A DNA stretch of 64,000 nucleotides from Calditrichales bacterium (lineage in GTDB: Bacteria > Calditrichota > Calditrichia > Calditrichales > J004). The translations under genes and the position numbers were made by a program. Under the pieces are notes generated by a model. That model was not told the DNA's origin. It saw only the letters and a program-made list of their open reading frames with translations, and ran no database searches. Location of the stretch: the NCBI GenBank assembly GCA_965267575.1, contig OZ254086.1, positions 384,001-448,000 of the forward strand, given 5' to 3'. Of the stretch, positions 48,513 to 57,389 are shown in pieces; the first letter of the stretch is position 1; every line of letters begins with the position of its first letter.

Positions 48513-48628
48513 TCAACGTGTATGCCAAATATTTAAAGCATTAAAAAACAACGACTTACAAAAAAGTGCACATATTGTATATGTGAGCTATTTATGCTCA
48601 CATAAATATTTTTGCGCATATATTGCGC
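48513..48628 (-). promoter_or_regulatory. Putative sigma54 promoter with IHF-like site and upstream palindromes
   Basis: TGGCATACACGTTGA at 48527-48513; aaacaacgactta at 48546-48558; tatgtgagc-N7-gctcacata at 48580-48604; gcgca-N5-tgcgc at 48614-48628. Confidence 0.6.
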
Positions 48629-48648
48629 TATGCGATCGTTGAGAGAGG

Positions 48649-51033
48649 TTATCTCCAATGTACAGGATACAGCTTCTTTCCGTCACTTTCAAAAATTACC
48701 GCTCCATGGCGGTCCGTGCGGAAGACGGTGGTGCCGTTGCGTGCCAGGCGGCGGATGGTGAGCGAACTGGGATGGTCAAACTTGTTTCTTTCACCCACGG
48801 AGATAACAGCGTATTGCGGCGTCAAAATGTCAATAAAAGATGGCGTGGATGAGGTGCGGCTGCCATGGTGCCCCACTTTCAGCAGATCGCAATCGAGAAA
48901 ATCGCCAAAGATGTGCATACTGTGCTCGGCTGCCTCCTCGGCATCACCGGTGAGCAGAATGCTGTTATTGCCGTGCAGCAGCTTTATGACGATACTGCCA
49001 TCGTTGATCTGGCCGCCGCCGGTTAATGCCTCGCTGCGCAAAAAGCGTTCGGAAGGATGCAAAACATACGCCCGCGTGGATGGATCAAAATGTATCATAT
49101 CGCCTCTTTTGCGCTCTGAAATGGCTACGTTTTTAGCCTGCGCTTTCTGCAGAATACGCGCGTAGAATTTTGATTCCACGTCTTGACCGGAAAGGATCAG
49201 CGTATCCACCTCCATGTAATCGATAATTGTTTCAAAGCCGCCGATGTGATCGCTGTGCGGATGACTGCCAATCAGATAGTCCAGCTTATCAATCCCGGCG
49301 TAGTAGAGGTAAGGCAGTACGTGGCGCTCGGCTGCGTCAAAATGGAATTTCTTGTCTCCGCCATCAACCAGAGCGGTGCGACCATTGGGAAATTCCAGCA
49401 ATACGGCATCACCCTGCCCCACGCTGATAAATGTAAGGCGCAGATTCTGCTGTGCCGGGCGCAGGGCCTGGCTTAAGACGAAGAGCAAAACAGTCACGAG
49501 AAAGGTCAGGCGCATTTTAGGTAAACGCCAGTTAAAAAAGGCAATTACCAGCATCAGGAAGAGTGCGATCTGCCACAGTGAAGGATGGGCCAGGTGCAGT
49601 TGGATAAATGGAAGATGCGAGAAACCGGTAATAACATAGATGATCCCGGCAAGCAGCCAATCTATTAAAATGCCGATACCAACGGCAGGGACAAAAGGAA
49701 TAAAGGCTCCAATGGCAAGAGCAAAACTGAGCATCACCACCATGCCGATAACCGGGATAACAATAATATTAGCCATAATGGCGCCCAATTGCACTGTGTT
49801 AAAATAATACCAGGTCAGCGGCGTGGTGGCCAGTACAGCGCAAAAAGAAGCTATGGCGGGCTGCCGGAAGTAGCGTTCCAGCGCGGCGCCGCTTTTCCCA
49901 CGCAGCGCCAGGCGTGGCATAAGAGAAGCCAGTTTAGGCGTGCCGTAAATTAATCCCCAGACAGCAAGGAAAGAATATTGAAAGCCGGGCAAAAGCAGCT
50001 CTTCCGGGCGGAATGCCAGTATCAGCAACCCGGCCAGAGCGATAGCCTGCAGAGGGTGCACGCGGCGTTGCAACAATCCCGAGGCCAGGTAAACAAGCGC
50101 CATGGTGGAAGCACGCACCACGGGCGCCTTAAAACCGACCAGGGCGGCAAACAGAAACAAAACCGAGCCGATGATAAAAGACCGGTAAAGCGGTCTGACT
50201 CCAAGCCAGCGCAATGGCAGGTAGATCATCAGCAGTAAAAAACCCACGTGCAAACCGGAAATGGCCAGCACATGCACTACGCCGCTGCGCTGAAAAGAGG
50301 CCAGCACGTCATCCTCAATATCCTGTTTCTCGCCAAGGATGAGGGCTTTAACAATGGCTGATGCGGACGGGGAAAGATGCGTTTCAATTTGTGCGCGGAT
50401 TGTATGACGCAGATTCCCCAGAAAACGGGCATGCAGCGGCAACCTTTCGTGCCCGGCAATTTGGTATGACGGGTCTCTGGGAAAGCGGTAAACAAAAAAG
50501 CGATCGTGAAGCTGGAGATAGCGGCGATAATTAAATTCTCCCGGATTTGCCGGCAGGGTGGCTTCTTCCGGCGTATCCACAATCCAGATCAGATCGCCAG
50601 GCTGCAGGGCTTTGTTCAGACGTCCCTGAAACAGCCTTATTTCCCCGCGGGCAGCGATGACGGTATCACCCATAACCAGGCTGTCGCAGTACAAGGTGTA
50701 GCTGTGCGGCTCGCCGTTTTTGTCGCGTGCTTCGCCAATCTGGCCGTGAAAGGCATCGGCCTGCCCGGCATATTTTAAAAGCGCCGCCTCCTGCTCGTCG
50801 AATCTGTAAAAGGCCACATAACCGCGTAAAGCACCAAAAAGCAATACCGCCCAAAGAGCCACCACAATAGCGGAATGACGTTTTATGAAAAAAAACAATA
50901 GCAGAAACACAGCAGCTACTGCAATTAAATGGATCATCGGGAAAACCGGCAGCCACCAGGCCAGTAAAATGCCGGCGGCAAAAAAGCAAAATGCCCAAAC
51001 AGCCGGGAAAGGTTTCGTCCATTCCGCTTTCAT
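48649..51033 (-). CDS. comEC: DNA internalisation competence protein ComEC/Rec2
   Basis: NPGEFNY, HVLAISGLHVG, PVVRA, GFQYSF; MBL domain VGQGD, SHPHSDHIGG, LLTGD, KVGHHGS. Confidence 0.95.
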   Translation of the reverse strand: MKAEWTKPFPAVWAFCFFAAGILLAWWLPVFPMIHLIAVAAVFLLLFFFIKRHSAIVVALWAVLLFGALRGYVAFYRFDEQEAALLKYAGQADAFHGQIGEARDKNGEPHSYTLYCDSLVMGDTVIAARGEIRLFQGRLNKALQPGDLIWIVDTPEEATLPANPGEFNYRRYLQLHDRFFVYRFPRDPSYQIAGHERLPLHARFLGNLRHTIRAQIETHLSPSASAIVKALILGEKQDIEDDVLASFQRSGVVHVLAISGLHVGFLLLMIYLPLRWLGVRPLYRSFIIGSVLFLFAALVGFKAPVVRASTMALVYLASGLLQRRVHPLQAIALAGLLILAFRPEELLLPGFQYSFLAVWGLIYGTPKLASLMPRLALRGKSGAALERYFRQPAIASFCAVLATTPLTWYYFNTVQLGAIMANIIVIPVIGMVVMLSFALAIGAFIPFVPAVGIGILIDWLLAGIIYVITGFSHLPFIQLHLAHPSLWQIALFLMLVIAFFNWRLPKMRLTFLVTVLLFVLSQALRPAQQNLRLTFISVGQGDAVLLEFPNGRTALVDGGDKKFHFDAAERHVLPYLYYAGIDKLDYLIGSHPHSDHIGGFETIIDYMEVDTLILSGQDVESKFYARILQKAQAKNVAISERKRGDMIHFDPSTRAYVLHPSERFLRSEALTGGGQINDGSIVIKLLHGNNSILLTGDAEEAAEHSMHIFGDFLDCDLLKVGHHGSRTSSTPSFIDILTPQYAVISVGERNKFDHPSSLTIRRLARNGTTVFRTDRHGAVIFESDGKKLYPVHWR

Positions 51034-51774
51034 TCAAATCTCCACACTTTGCAGATCATAAGCTGTTTCAATGGTCCGGTTGTGTTTTTTTAAAGCGGGC
51101 GGATCGTTTTCCGGGTAGATGTGTGTGGCAAGGGTTCTTGCGGGTTTTGCCTGTTCCACAAAACGCTGCAGATCCGACGGTGTCATATGGCCTTCGCGCG
51201 GGCTGCTGTCCGGCACGGCACACTCGCAGATGGCCAGGTCGGCGCCCCGGGCCAACCTTACGATCGCCTCATTATATCCGCTATCGCCAGAATAGAAAAA
51301 ACGCTTTTTGTTTTTGGAGAAGGCAAATGCCAGGCTGTTTTCCGTGTGCCCTGTCAGGCATGCTTCAATTTTCCAGCCGCGCCATTCTTTAACCATTTCA
51401 ACGGATTGGACCCGGGGGCCTTTTTCATTCATCCAGCTGCCCTGCCAGGTGGCCTGCGCGGCAAACCATTCACGGATATCGCGCGGCCCGCTGATGGTTA
51501 ACGCCCGGTTGCCGTTGTTGTCATGCACGTAGCGGTTGAGCAATAGGGGGAGCAGGTCGCTACAGTGGTCAACATGGTAATGCGACAGGAAAACAGCATC
51601 AATGGCTGACGGATCGATGTCGCAATCGTAGAGGCGTTTTAAAATACCCGGACCGCAATCCAGCAAAGCGCAGGCGCCGGATTGCAGGTCACGCAGAAGG
51701 TAACCGGCACAATTACGCTCTGCCGGGGCTTTAATCGTTCCAGAACCCAAAACAATTATTTGCATGTCGGACAT
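51034..51774 (-). CDS. Metallo-beta-lactamase-fold hydrolase, RNase Z/BN-like
   Basis: VLGSG, LLDCGPG, SHYHVDH, YSGDS, GHM, THIYP. Confidence 0.82.
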   Translation of the reverse strand: MSDMQIIVLGSGTIKAPAERNCAGYLLRDLQSGACALLDCGPGILKRLYDCDIDPSAIDAVFLSHYHVDHCSDLLPLLLNRYVHDNNGNRALTISGPRDIREWFAAQATWQGSWMNEKGPRVQSVEMVKEWRGWKIEACLTGHTENSLAFAFSKNKKRFFYSGDSGYNEAIVRLARGADLAICECAVPDSSPREGHMTPSDLQRFVEQAKPARTLATHIYPENDPPALKKHNRTIETAYDLQSVEI

Positions 51775-51789
51775 ATTAAATCTCCCGGA

Positions 51790-51824
51790 AATAAAAAAAG
51801 CACCGGCCTTGCGACCGATGCCTT
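51790..51824 (-). terminator. Intrinsic terminator after the S8 protease gene
   Basis: gcaccgg ccttgcga ccgatgc hairpin with a T-run on the minus strand. Confidence 0.65.
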
Positions 51825-51845
51825 TAAGATAATACGTGAGAGCGA

Positions 51846-54800
51846 TTATTTCAGCATTAAAATCTTTTTACGCAGGACATGCTTATTGTCCACCGTAATC
51901 TGATAAATGTAGAAACCGCTGCTCACGGCACCGCCATGGACATTCTTGCCGTTCCAGACAACGGAGCGAACGCCGCCTTCAACCTGCTCGTTCAGCAACG
52001 TGTTAACGCGCTGGCCCAGTACGTTGAAAATTTCAACCTTCACTTGGGCCTGTTCCGGCAGCATGAAGGAGATCGTCGTAGTGGGGTTAAACGGATTAGG
52101 CGTGTTCTCCGCGAGGCGGAAGCCTAATTCACCTTCAATATCCTCAATGCTGACATCACCGGCTATTTGTTCAGCAGCGGTGCCGTCTGTGCTGCCACAT
52201 GTTTCAACATTGGCGGAAGGATTGTAGGTGTAGTCGGTCTTAGTAACATTTTCAACGCAGAAAGTAAAGTCACCGTCACCATAAACAAAGCTGGAGGTGC
52301 TGGTCGCGATACCGTCTGAGTTTGTCGTAATCGTAACAGACGTATTTACACTGCCGGACCACTTCCCGTTAACCGTTGCACTGGCAACAGGGTTATCAGC
52401 GGCGTCAACGATCTTGACCTGGGCTTGACCGCGTGATATCACATAGCGGGTTTGCTTGGTTACATCTACATACTGAACGTGCATTTCGTTGGATGCGGGT
52501 TCAGTAACCGTGATGTAATCGGTCTTGGTTTCGCTGTCGCTGCCGCAGGAGTTAGTGGCTGTCATCGTTACCGTATAGGTGCCGGCGGCATTGTAGGTAT
52601 GCGTCGGATTCTGAGCCGTAGAGCTGCCGCCATCACCAAAATCCCAATCCCAGCCGGTGGGGCTGTTGCTGGAATTATCGGTGAAGCTCACCTCAAGTGG
52701 CGCTGTTCCGGACTGCGGACTGCCTGTAAAAGCAGCTACCGGCGGATCACATGGGGGCTCATTGACCGTGATGTAATCGGTCTTGGTTTCCGTGTCACTG
52801 CCGCAGGAGTTTGTAGCGGTCATCGTTACGGTATAAGTACCTGCCGTATTGTAGGTATGCGTCGGATTCTGAGCCGTGGAGCTGCCACCATCACCAAAAT
52901 CCCAATCCCAGCTGGTGGGGCTGTTAGTGGAATTATCGGTAAAGCTCACCTCAAGCGGTGCGTCACCGGAGGTTGGTGTCCCGGAGAAATCAGCCACAGG
53001 CGTATCGCAGGGAGGTTCCGTAACCGTGATGTAGTCAGTCTTGGTTTCACTGTCGCTGCCGCAGGAATTGGAAGACGTTAATGTGACCGAATAGGTACCG
53101 GCCGCATTATACGTATGTGTCGGGTTTTGTGTAGTGGAACTGTTTCCATCGCCAAAATCCCAATCCCAGCTTGTAACATCACCTGTTGATTCGTCCGTAA
53201 AAGATACTTCCAGCGGTGCGTCACCGGATGTCGGTGTTCCGGAGAAATCGGCGGTAATGGCGCCGTCTTCAACGGTGATGTAATCCGTCTTGGTTTCCGT
53301 GTCACTGCCACCCGGTCCAGTTACCGTAAGCGATACGGTATAGGTTCCGGCCGCATTGTATGTGTGGCTCGGGTTCTGGGCAGTGGATGTACCGCCGTCA
53401 CCAAAATCCCAGCTCCAGCTGTCAACATCGCCGCTGGACTGGTCGGTGAATTGCACTGACTGTGGCGCACAGCCGCTGGTAACATCAGCCGCGAAATCGG
53501 CGCTTGGCGCAACCGGTCCGCCGCCATTGTTTACGGCATTAAACGCGTTTACACGTCCTGCGCCCAATTTACCGGCATACGCTTCATTACCGGCAACGCC
53601 GTAGATATCATCAGATGTGTCATACAGATGCTGTTCAACCTGGTCGGCAGTCCAGGTGGGATTCTGCGACCAGATGAGGGCCGCGACGCCGGCAGCCATA
53701 GGTGTAGCCATCGATGTACCACTCAGCGAAGCGACATAGTCATTCTGTGGATCGTTGTGGTCATGATAGGTGCTTAAAATGCTGGTTCCGGGAGCAGTAA
53801 TGTCAACAAACGTACCGTAGGTTGAGAAATCCGATTTTACATCATTTTGATCTGAAGATGCTACACCAATAACGTCCGAACGGTCCAGCATATAATCGGA
53901 GCCTTCATCATCGTCGTTTCCGGCAGCCTTGAATACCATGCCGCCGCCGGCGATGAAGTAATCAAGCGCGTCGCCCAAACCACCACTATTGGAAGAACCC
54001 CAGCTGCAAGAGGCGATATGCGCGCCATTGTCTGACGCATAGTAGAACGCGTCAGCAGCAAAGTCCATCTGTACGTAGCCAACCTCAAAAATGAAAAGGC
54101 GTCCGGAATAACCGATTCGCATAGCCATAATTTTAACGCCGTTACCATCCACGGCCTGGCTGCCACTTAAACGACCGCCGGCAACGCCGCCAACCGCATA
54201 ACCGTTGTTGTTGATAGCAGACGTAATACCGGAGCAATGTGTTCCGTGACCGTTGAAGTCACGCGGATCGTTATCGGGAGTCGTGTCGTCCTCATCACCG
54301 AAACCGGTAACGCCGTCAACAAAGTCCCAGCCAATCCAGTCATCCACGTATCCGTTGCCGTCATCGTCCACGCCATCAACACCGTTTTTCTCGGCTTCAT
54401 TGATCCACATGTTACCGGCTGCGCCTTCCGGATTACTGTAAGATGCATTGGAGCCCCCAAGATCTTTATGGAAGTAGCGCACGCCCGTATCAAGAATGGC
54501 CACGATGATATCTTCGCTGCCGGTTTCGATGTCCCAGGCTTCGGGCGCATCAATATCGGCATCGTTGGACTGGCTTAAGTGCCACTGGTCCGTATAGCTG
54601 GGATCGTTGATATCCGCGTATGTACGGTGAATACCAACAGGCTGGGCGTCAACAACGCCTTTGAGCCGTTTATAGGCACGCACAACGTCTTCAACGTTTT
54701 CGCTGGCCTTAAAAGTAACAGAATACCACTGGCCCGGATTGATTGTCCGTCCCTGATAAACACGTGGCTTTAAATCGGGATACTTTTGAAGCAAACGATC

Positions 54801-55049
54801 CACCGCAAAGCGTTTGTTGAGATTGTCCAGCTCGCTAATGCCGGTTACGCCCTGCGCGGCGCTGGCGCTTTGACGGATACGTTCCATCATGTCGGTAGAA
54901 AACTTAACAACGATCTTGCCTTCAGCATATCCGGCAAAGGACGGGGCCTCGGCATTAAGATTGTCTACCTCTTTATGCTTGACGTCAGCCGCAAAAAGAA
55001 AGGTAGCAAAAATAAAAAGAAACAAAGCAATAGAACTTCGTTGAGTCAT
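51846..55049 (-). CDS. S8 subtilisin-like protease with four PKD domains and T9SS CTD
   Basis: Catalytic triad AILDTG, GHGTHC and SGTSMATP; 4x WDFGDG PKD repeats; NTPNPFNP...KKILMLK. Confidence 0.93.
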   Translation of the reverse strand: MTQRSSIALFLFIFATFLFAADVKHKEVDNLNAEAPSFAGYAEGKIVVKFSTDMMERIRQSASAAQGVTGISELDNLNKRFAVDRLLQKYPDLKPRVYQGRTINPGQWYSVTFKASENVEDVVRAYKRLKGVVDAQPVGIHRTYADINDPSYTDQWHLSQSNDADIDAPEAWDIETGSEDIIVAILDTGVRYFHKDLGGSNASYSNPEGAAGNMWINEAEKNGVDGVDDDGNGYVDDWIGWDFVDGVTGFGDEDDTTPDNDPRDFNGHGTHCSGITSAINNNGYAVGGVAGGRLSGSQAVDGNGVKIMAMRIGYSGRLFIFEVGYVQMDFAADAFYYASDNGAHIASCSWGSSNSGGLGDALDYFIAGGGMVFKAAGNDDDEGSDYMLDRSDVIGVASSDQNDVKSDFSTYGTFVDITAPGTSILSTYHDHNDPQNDYVASLSGTSMATPMAAGVAALIWSQNPTWTADQVEQHLYDTSDDIYGVAGNEAYAGKLGAGRVNAFNAVNNGGGPVAPSADFAADVTSGCAPQSVQFTDQSSGDVDSWSWDFGDGGTSTAQNPSHTYNAAGTYTVSLTVTGPGGSDTETKTDYITVEDGAITADFSGTPTSGDAPLEVSFTDESTGDVTSWDWDFGDGNSSTTQNPTHTYNAAGTYSVTLTSSNSCGSDSETKTDYITVTEPPCDTPVADFSGTPTSGDAPLEVSFTDNSTNSPTSWDWDFGDGGSSTAQNPTHTYNTAGTYTVTMTATNSCGSDTETKTDYITVNEPPCDPPVAAFTGSPQSGTAPLEVSFTDNSSNSPTGWDWDFGDGGSSTAQNPTHTYNAAGTYTVTMTATNSCGSDSETKTDYITVTEPASNEMHVQYVDVTKQTRYVISRGQAQVKIVDAADNPVASATVNGKWSGSVNTSVTITTNSDGIATSTSSFVYGDGDFTFCVENVTKTDYTYNPSANVETCGSTDGTAAEQIAGDVSIEDIEGELGFRLAENTPNPFNPTTTISFMLPEQAQVKVEIFNVLGQRVNTLLNEQVEGGVRSVVWNGKNVHGGAVSSGFYIYQITVDNKHVLRKKILMLK
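52500..53510 (-). repeat. Four tandem PKD-coding repeats
   Basis: The anchor ac(c/g)gtgatgta...gtcttggtttc recurs at 52507, 52765, 53023 and 53272 (spacing 258, 258, 249 nt). Confidence 0.9.
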
Positions 55050-55150
55050 ACTCTCCTCCAATTAAGGGTAAGTTATTTGGCAAAGTCTTAATGATATACC
55101 GCTAAACACCTCCTTTCGGAAAATTGTAATCGTTTAAGAACTATTATATG

Positions 55151-56158
55151 TCAGAATTGGGTGAAAAAGTCTTCTTCAACCGCATGAAAATCAGGACGTT
55201 GCAAAGCTTTTTGAAAAATATCAACAAGAACCGGGTCGAACTGCTTACCACTGTGCTTTTTAATTTCATCGATTGCGTGGTTTTCGTTGCGCGCCTGGCT
55301 GTATGTACGACGCGACACGATAGCTTCATATGTATCAACAATGGACAAAATGCGGGCCATAATGGGAATTGCCTGGCCCTGCAGCCCGTCCGGATATCCC
55401 GAACCATCCCAGCGCTCATGGTGATGACGAATAATTGCCGCCACCTCCGTGAGTTCTTCAATATGGCCAACAATGCGACTGCCAATCAGCGTATGTTCTT
55501 TGACCTCATTATACTCTTCAAAGCAGAGATCGCTCTCCTTTTTTAGGATCGTATCCGGCAGGCCGATTTTTCCGATGTCGTGAAGCACCGCGGATAGCTG
55601 CAGCGTAAAAAGCTGGTCATCATCCATATTAATGCATTGACCTACGACCTTGGCAAAATGGGCCACGCGTATGGAATGCCCTGATGTGTAACTGTCCTTT
55701 GCTTCCAAAGCACTGATAAGCGCCTTGATCGCGCGCAGCAAAACGCGTGCATTGCGCGGATTGTGACGCTGTTGTTCGATGCGTTGACGTTGTAGATTTC
55801 GATCTATAATGGTAGGAATGTTATCAAGATTAAAGGGTTTGGAGAGAAAATCGGCGGCTCCTTTTTCCAGGGCGTGCTGAACGAGTGTTTTGTTGTCGGA
55901 CGCCGTAATCATTACAATCGGCGTTCTGATCAGGCAGCGGTGCACTTCGTCCAGCAAATCCAGGCCGCTGCCATCGGGGAGTGTGATGTCGGAAAAAATG
56001 ATGTCAAAACGTTCGGTTTTAATCATCTTCATCGCCTCAGTCAGTGACATCACTCCCGTATAAGAGTACTCGTTTTGCTTAAATGCCTTACAGATTGCGT
56101 GGTGGGTTACCTTTTCATCTTCCACCAGCAAAATGTTCTTATTTAGCGTCGGGTTCAT
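55151..56158 (-). CDS. Response regulator with REC + HD-GYP phosphodiesterase domains (RpfG-like)
   Basis: LLVEDE, FSDITLPD and SKPF in the receiver; TSGHS, LHDIGK, HHERWDGSGYP, GKQFDP. Confidence 0.92.
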   Translation of the reverse strand: MNPTLNKNILLVEDEKVTHHAICKAFKQNEYSYTGVMSLTEAMKMIKTERFDIIFSDITLPDGSGLDLLDEVHRCLIRTPIVMITASDNKTLVQHALEKGAADFLSKPFNLDNIPTIIDRNLQRQRIEQQRHNPRNARVLLRAIKALISALEAKDSYTSGHSIRVAHFAKVVGQCINMDDDQLFTLQLSAVLHDIGKIGLPDTILKKESDLCFEEYNEVKEHTLIGSRIVGHIEELTEVAAIIRHHHERWDGSGYPDGLQGQAIPIMARILSIVDTYEAIVSRRTYSQARNENHAIDEIKKHSGKQFDPVLVDIFQKALQRPDFHAVEEDFFTQF

Positions 56159-57318
56159 TTAAAAGCATTCTCACCTGTGATGTGCTCGCCGAGAATCAAC
56201 GTATGAATTTCGTGTGTGCCTTCATACGTCAATACAGATTCCAGATTAAGGGCATGGCGCATGGATTGATACTCATCGGTGATGCCATTGGCCGCCAGAA
56301 TAGTACGCGACATGCGCGCAATACGCAAGGCCTGATGCACATTATTGCGCTTGGCCAGGGACACGTGGTAGTGTTTGGCTTTGCCTTCATCTTTCAGACG
56401 CCCAAGTTGGTGACAAATCAGTTGGGCCTTTGTGATTTCTGATAACATTTCCACAAGTTTTTCCTGCGTTATCTGAAACCCTGCGATCGGCTTTCCGAAC
56501 TGAATGCGGCCCTTGGAATAATTGAGGGCTTCTTCATAGCAGGCCATGGCCGCACCCACAACGCCCCAGGTAATTCCGTAGCGGGCTTCGTTGAGGCAGG
56601 ACAACGGACCACGCAGGCCGCTTACGTTCGGCAGCCTGTTTTCCTCGGGCACAAGGCAATCGGAAAAAATAAGCTCTGATGTGTCCGAGGCCCGCAGGGA
56701 AAGCTTGCTTTCCAGTTTTTTGGTTGTAAAACCGGGCATACCCTTTTCGACGAGAAAGCCGTTGATACCGTCATCTGTTTTGGCCCACACTACCGCTACG
56801 TCTGCCGCGCTACCGTTGGTTATCCACATTTTGGCACCATTCAGCAGCCAGCCGTCGGAGACGCGCTTGGCTGTTGTCGACATGCCGCCCGGATCAGATC
56901 CGTGGTCGGGCTCAGTCAACCCAAAACAACCGATTTTTTTGCCGGATGCCAGTTGTGGCAGCCACTTCTTTTTTTGCTCTTCACTACCGTAGCTTTTTAT
57001 GGGAAACATAACCAGGCTGCCCTGCACGGAAGCGAAAGAACGCAGACCGGTATCGCCTCGCTCCAGCTCCTGCATAACAATGCCATAAATAAAATTGGTC
57101 AGGCCCGGTCCGCCGTACTCTTCGGGAACCGTAACACCAAGCAAGCCCATTTCACCGAGTTCAGGTCCCAACTCCTGCGGAAACGTCCCGGCACGATAAT
57201 GCTTTACAACAAGCGGCATAAACCGTTCATCTACCCATTCGCGAACGGTCTGGCGAATCATTTTTTCTTCTTCTGAATATTGGTCGGTCAGATTATAAAA
57301 GTCTGTTCCCTGAAACAT
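56155..57318 (-). CDS. Acyl-CoA dehydrogenase, glutaryl-CoA dehydrogenase-like
   Basis: ELERGDTG.RS..SVQGSL, CFGLTEPDHGSDP, KMWITNGS, TYEGTHEIH. Confidence 0.88.
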   Translation of the reverse strand: MFQGTDFYNLTDQYSEEEKMIRQTVREWVDERFMPLVVKHYRAGTFPQELGPELGEMGLLGVTVPEEYGGPGLTNFIYGIVMQELERGDTGLRSFASVQGSLVMFPIKSYGSEEQKKKWLPQLASGKKIGCFGLTEPDHGSDPGGMSTTAKRVSDGWLLNGAKMWITNGSAADVAVVWAKTDDGINGFLVEKGMPGFTTKKLESKLSLRASDTSELIFSDCLVPEENRLPNVSGLRGPLSCLNEARYGITWGVVGAAMACYEEALNYSKGRIQFGKPIAGFQITQEKLVEMLSEITKAQLICHQLGRLKDEGKAKHYHVSLAKRNNVHQALRIARMSRTILAANGITDEYQSMRHALNLESVLTYEGTHEIHTLILGEHITGENAFK

Positions 57319-57389
57319 TTACAGAGTCACTCCTTATGGATTTTGTGGTATACAGATGAGTATAAATGCTGAACGCGAATAATAATTCC

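Noticed and set aside
48623-49165. Plus-strand 180 aa ORF behind the AT-rich palindromic region
   Set aside because: It is antisense to the comEC MBL domain, and the palindromes fit the minus-strand sigma54-like promoter better.
52500-53510. Regular DNA repeats as a CRISPR array
   Set aside because: The units are 249-258 nt in-frame PKD domains; there are no unique spacers or cas genes.
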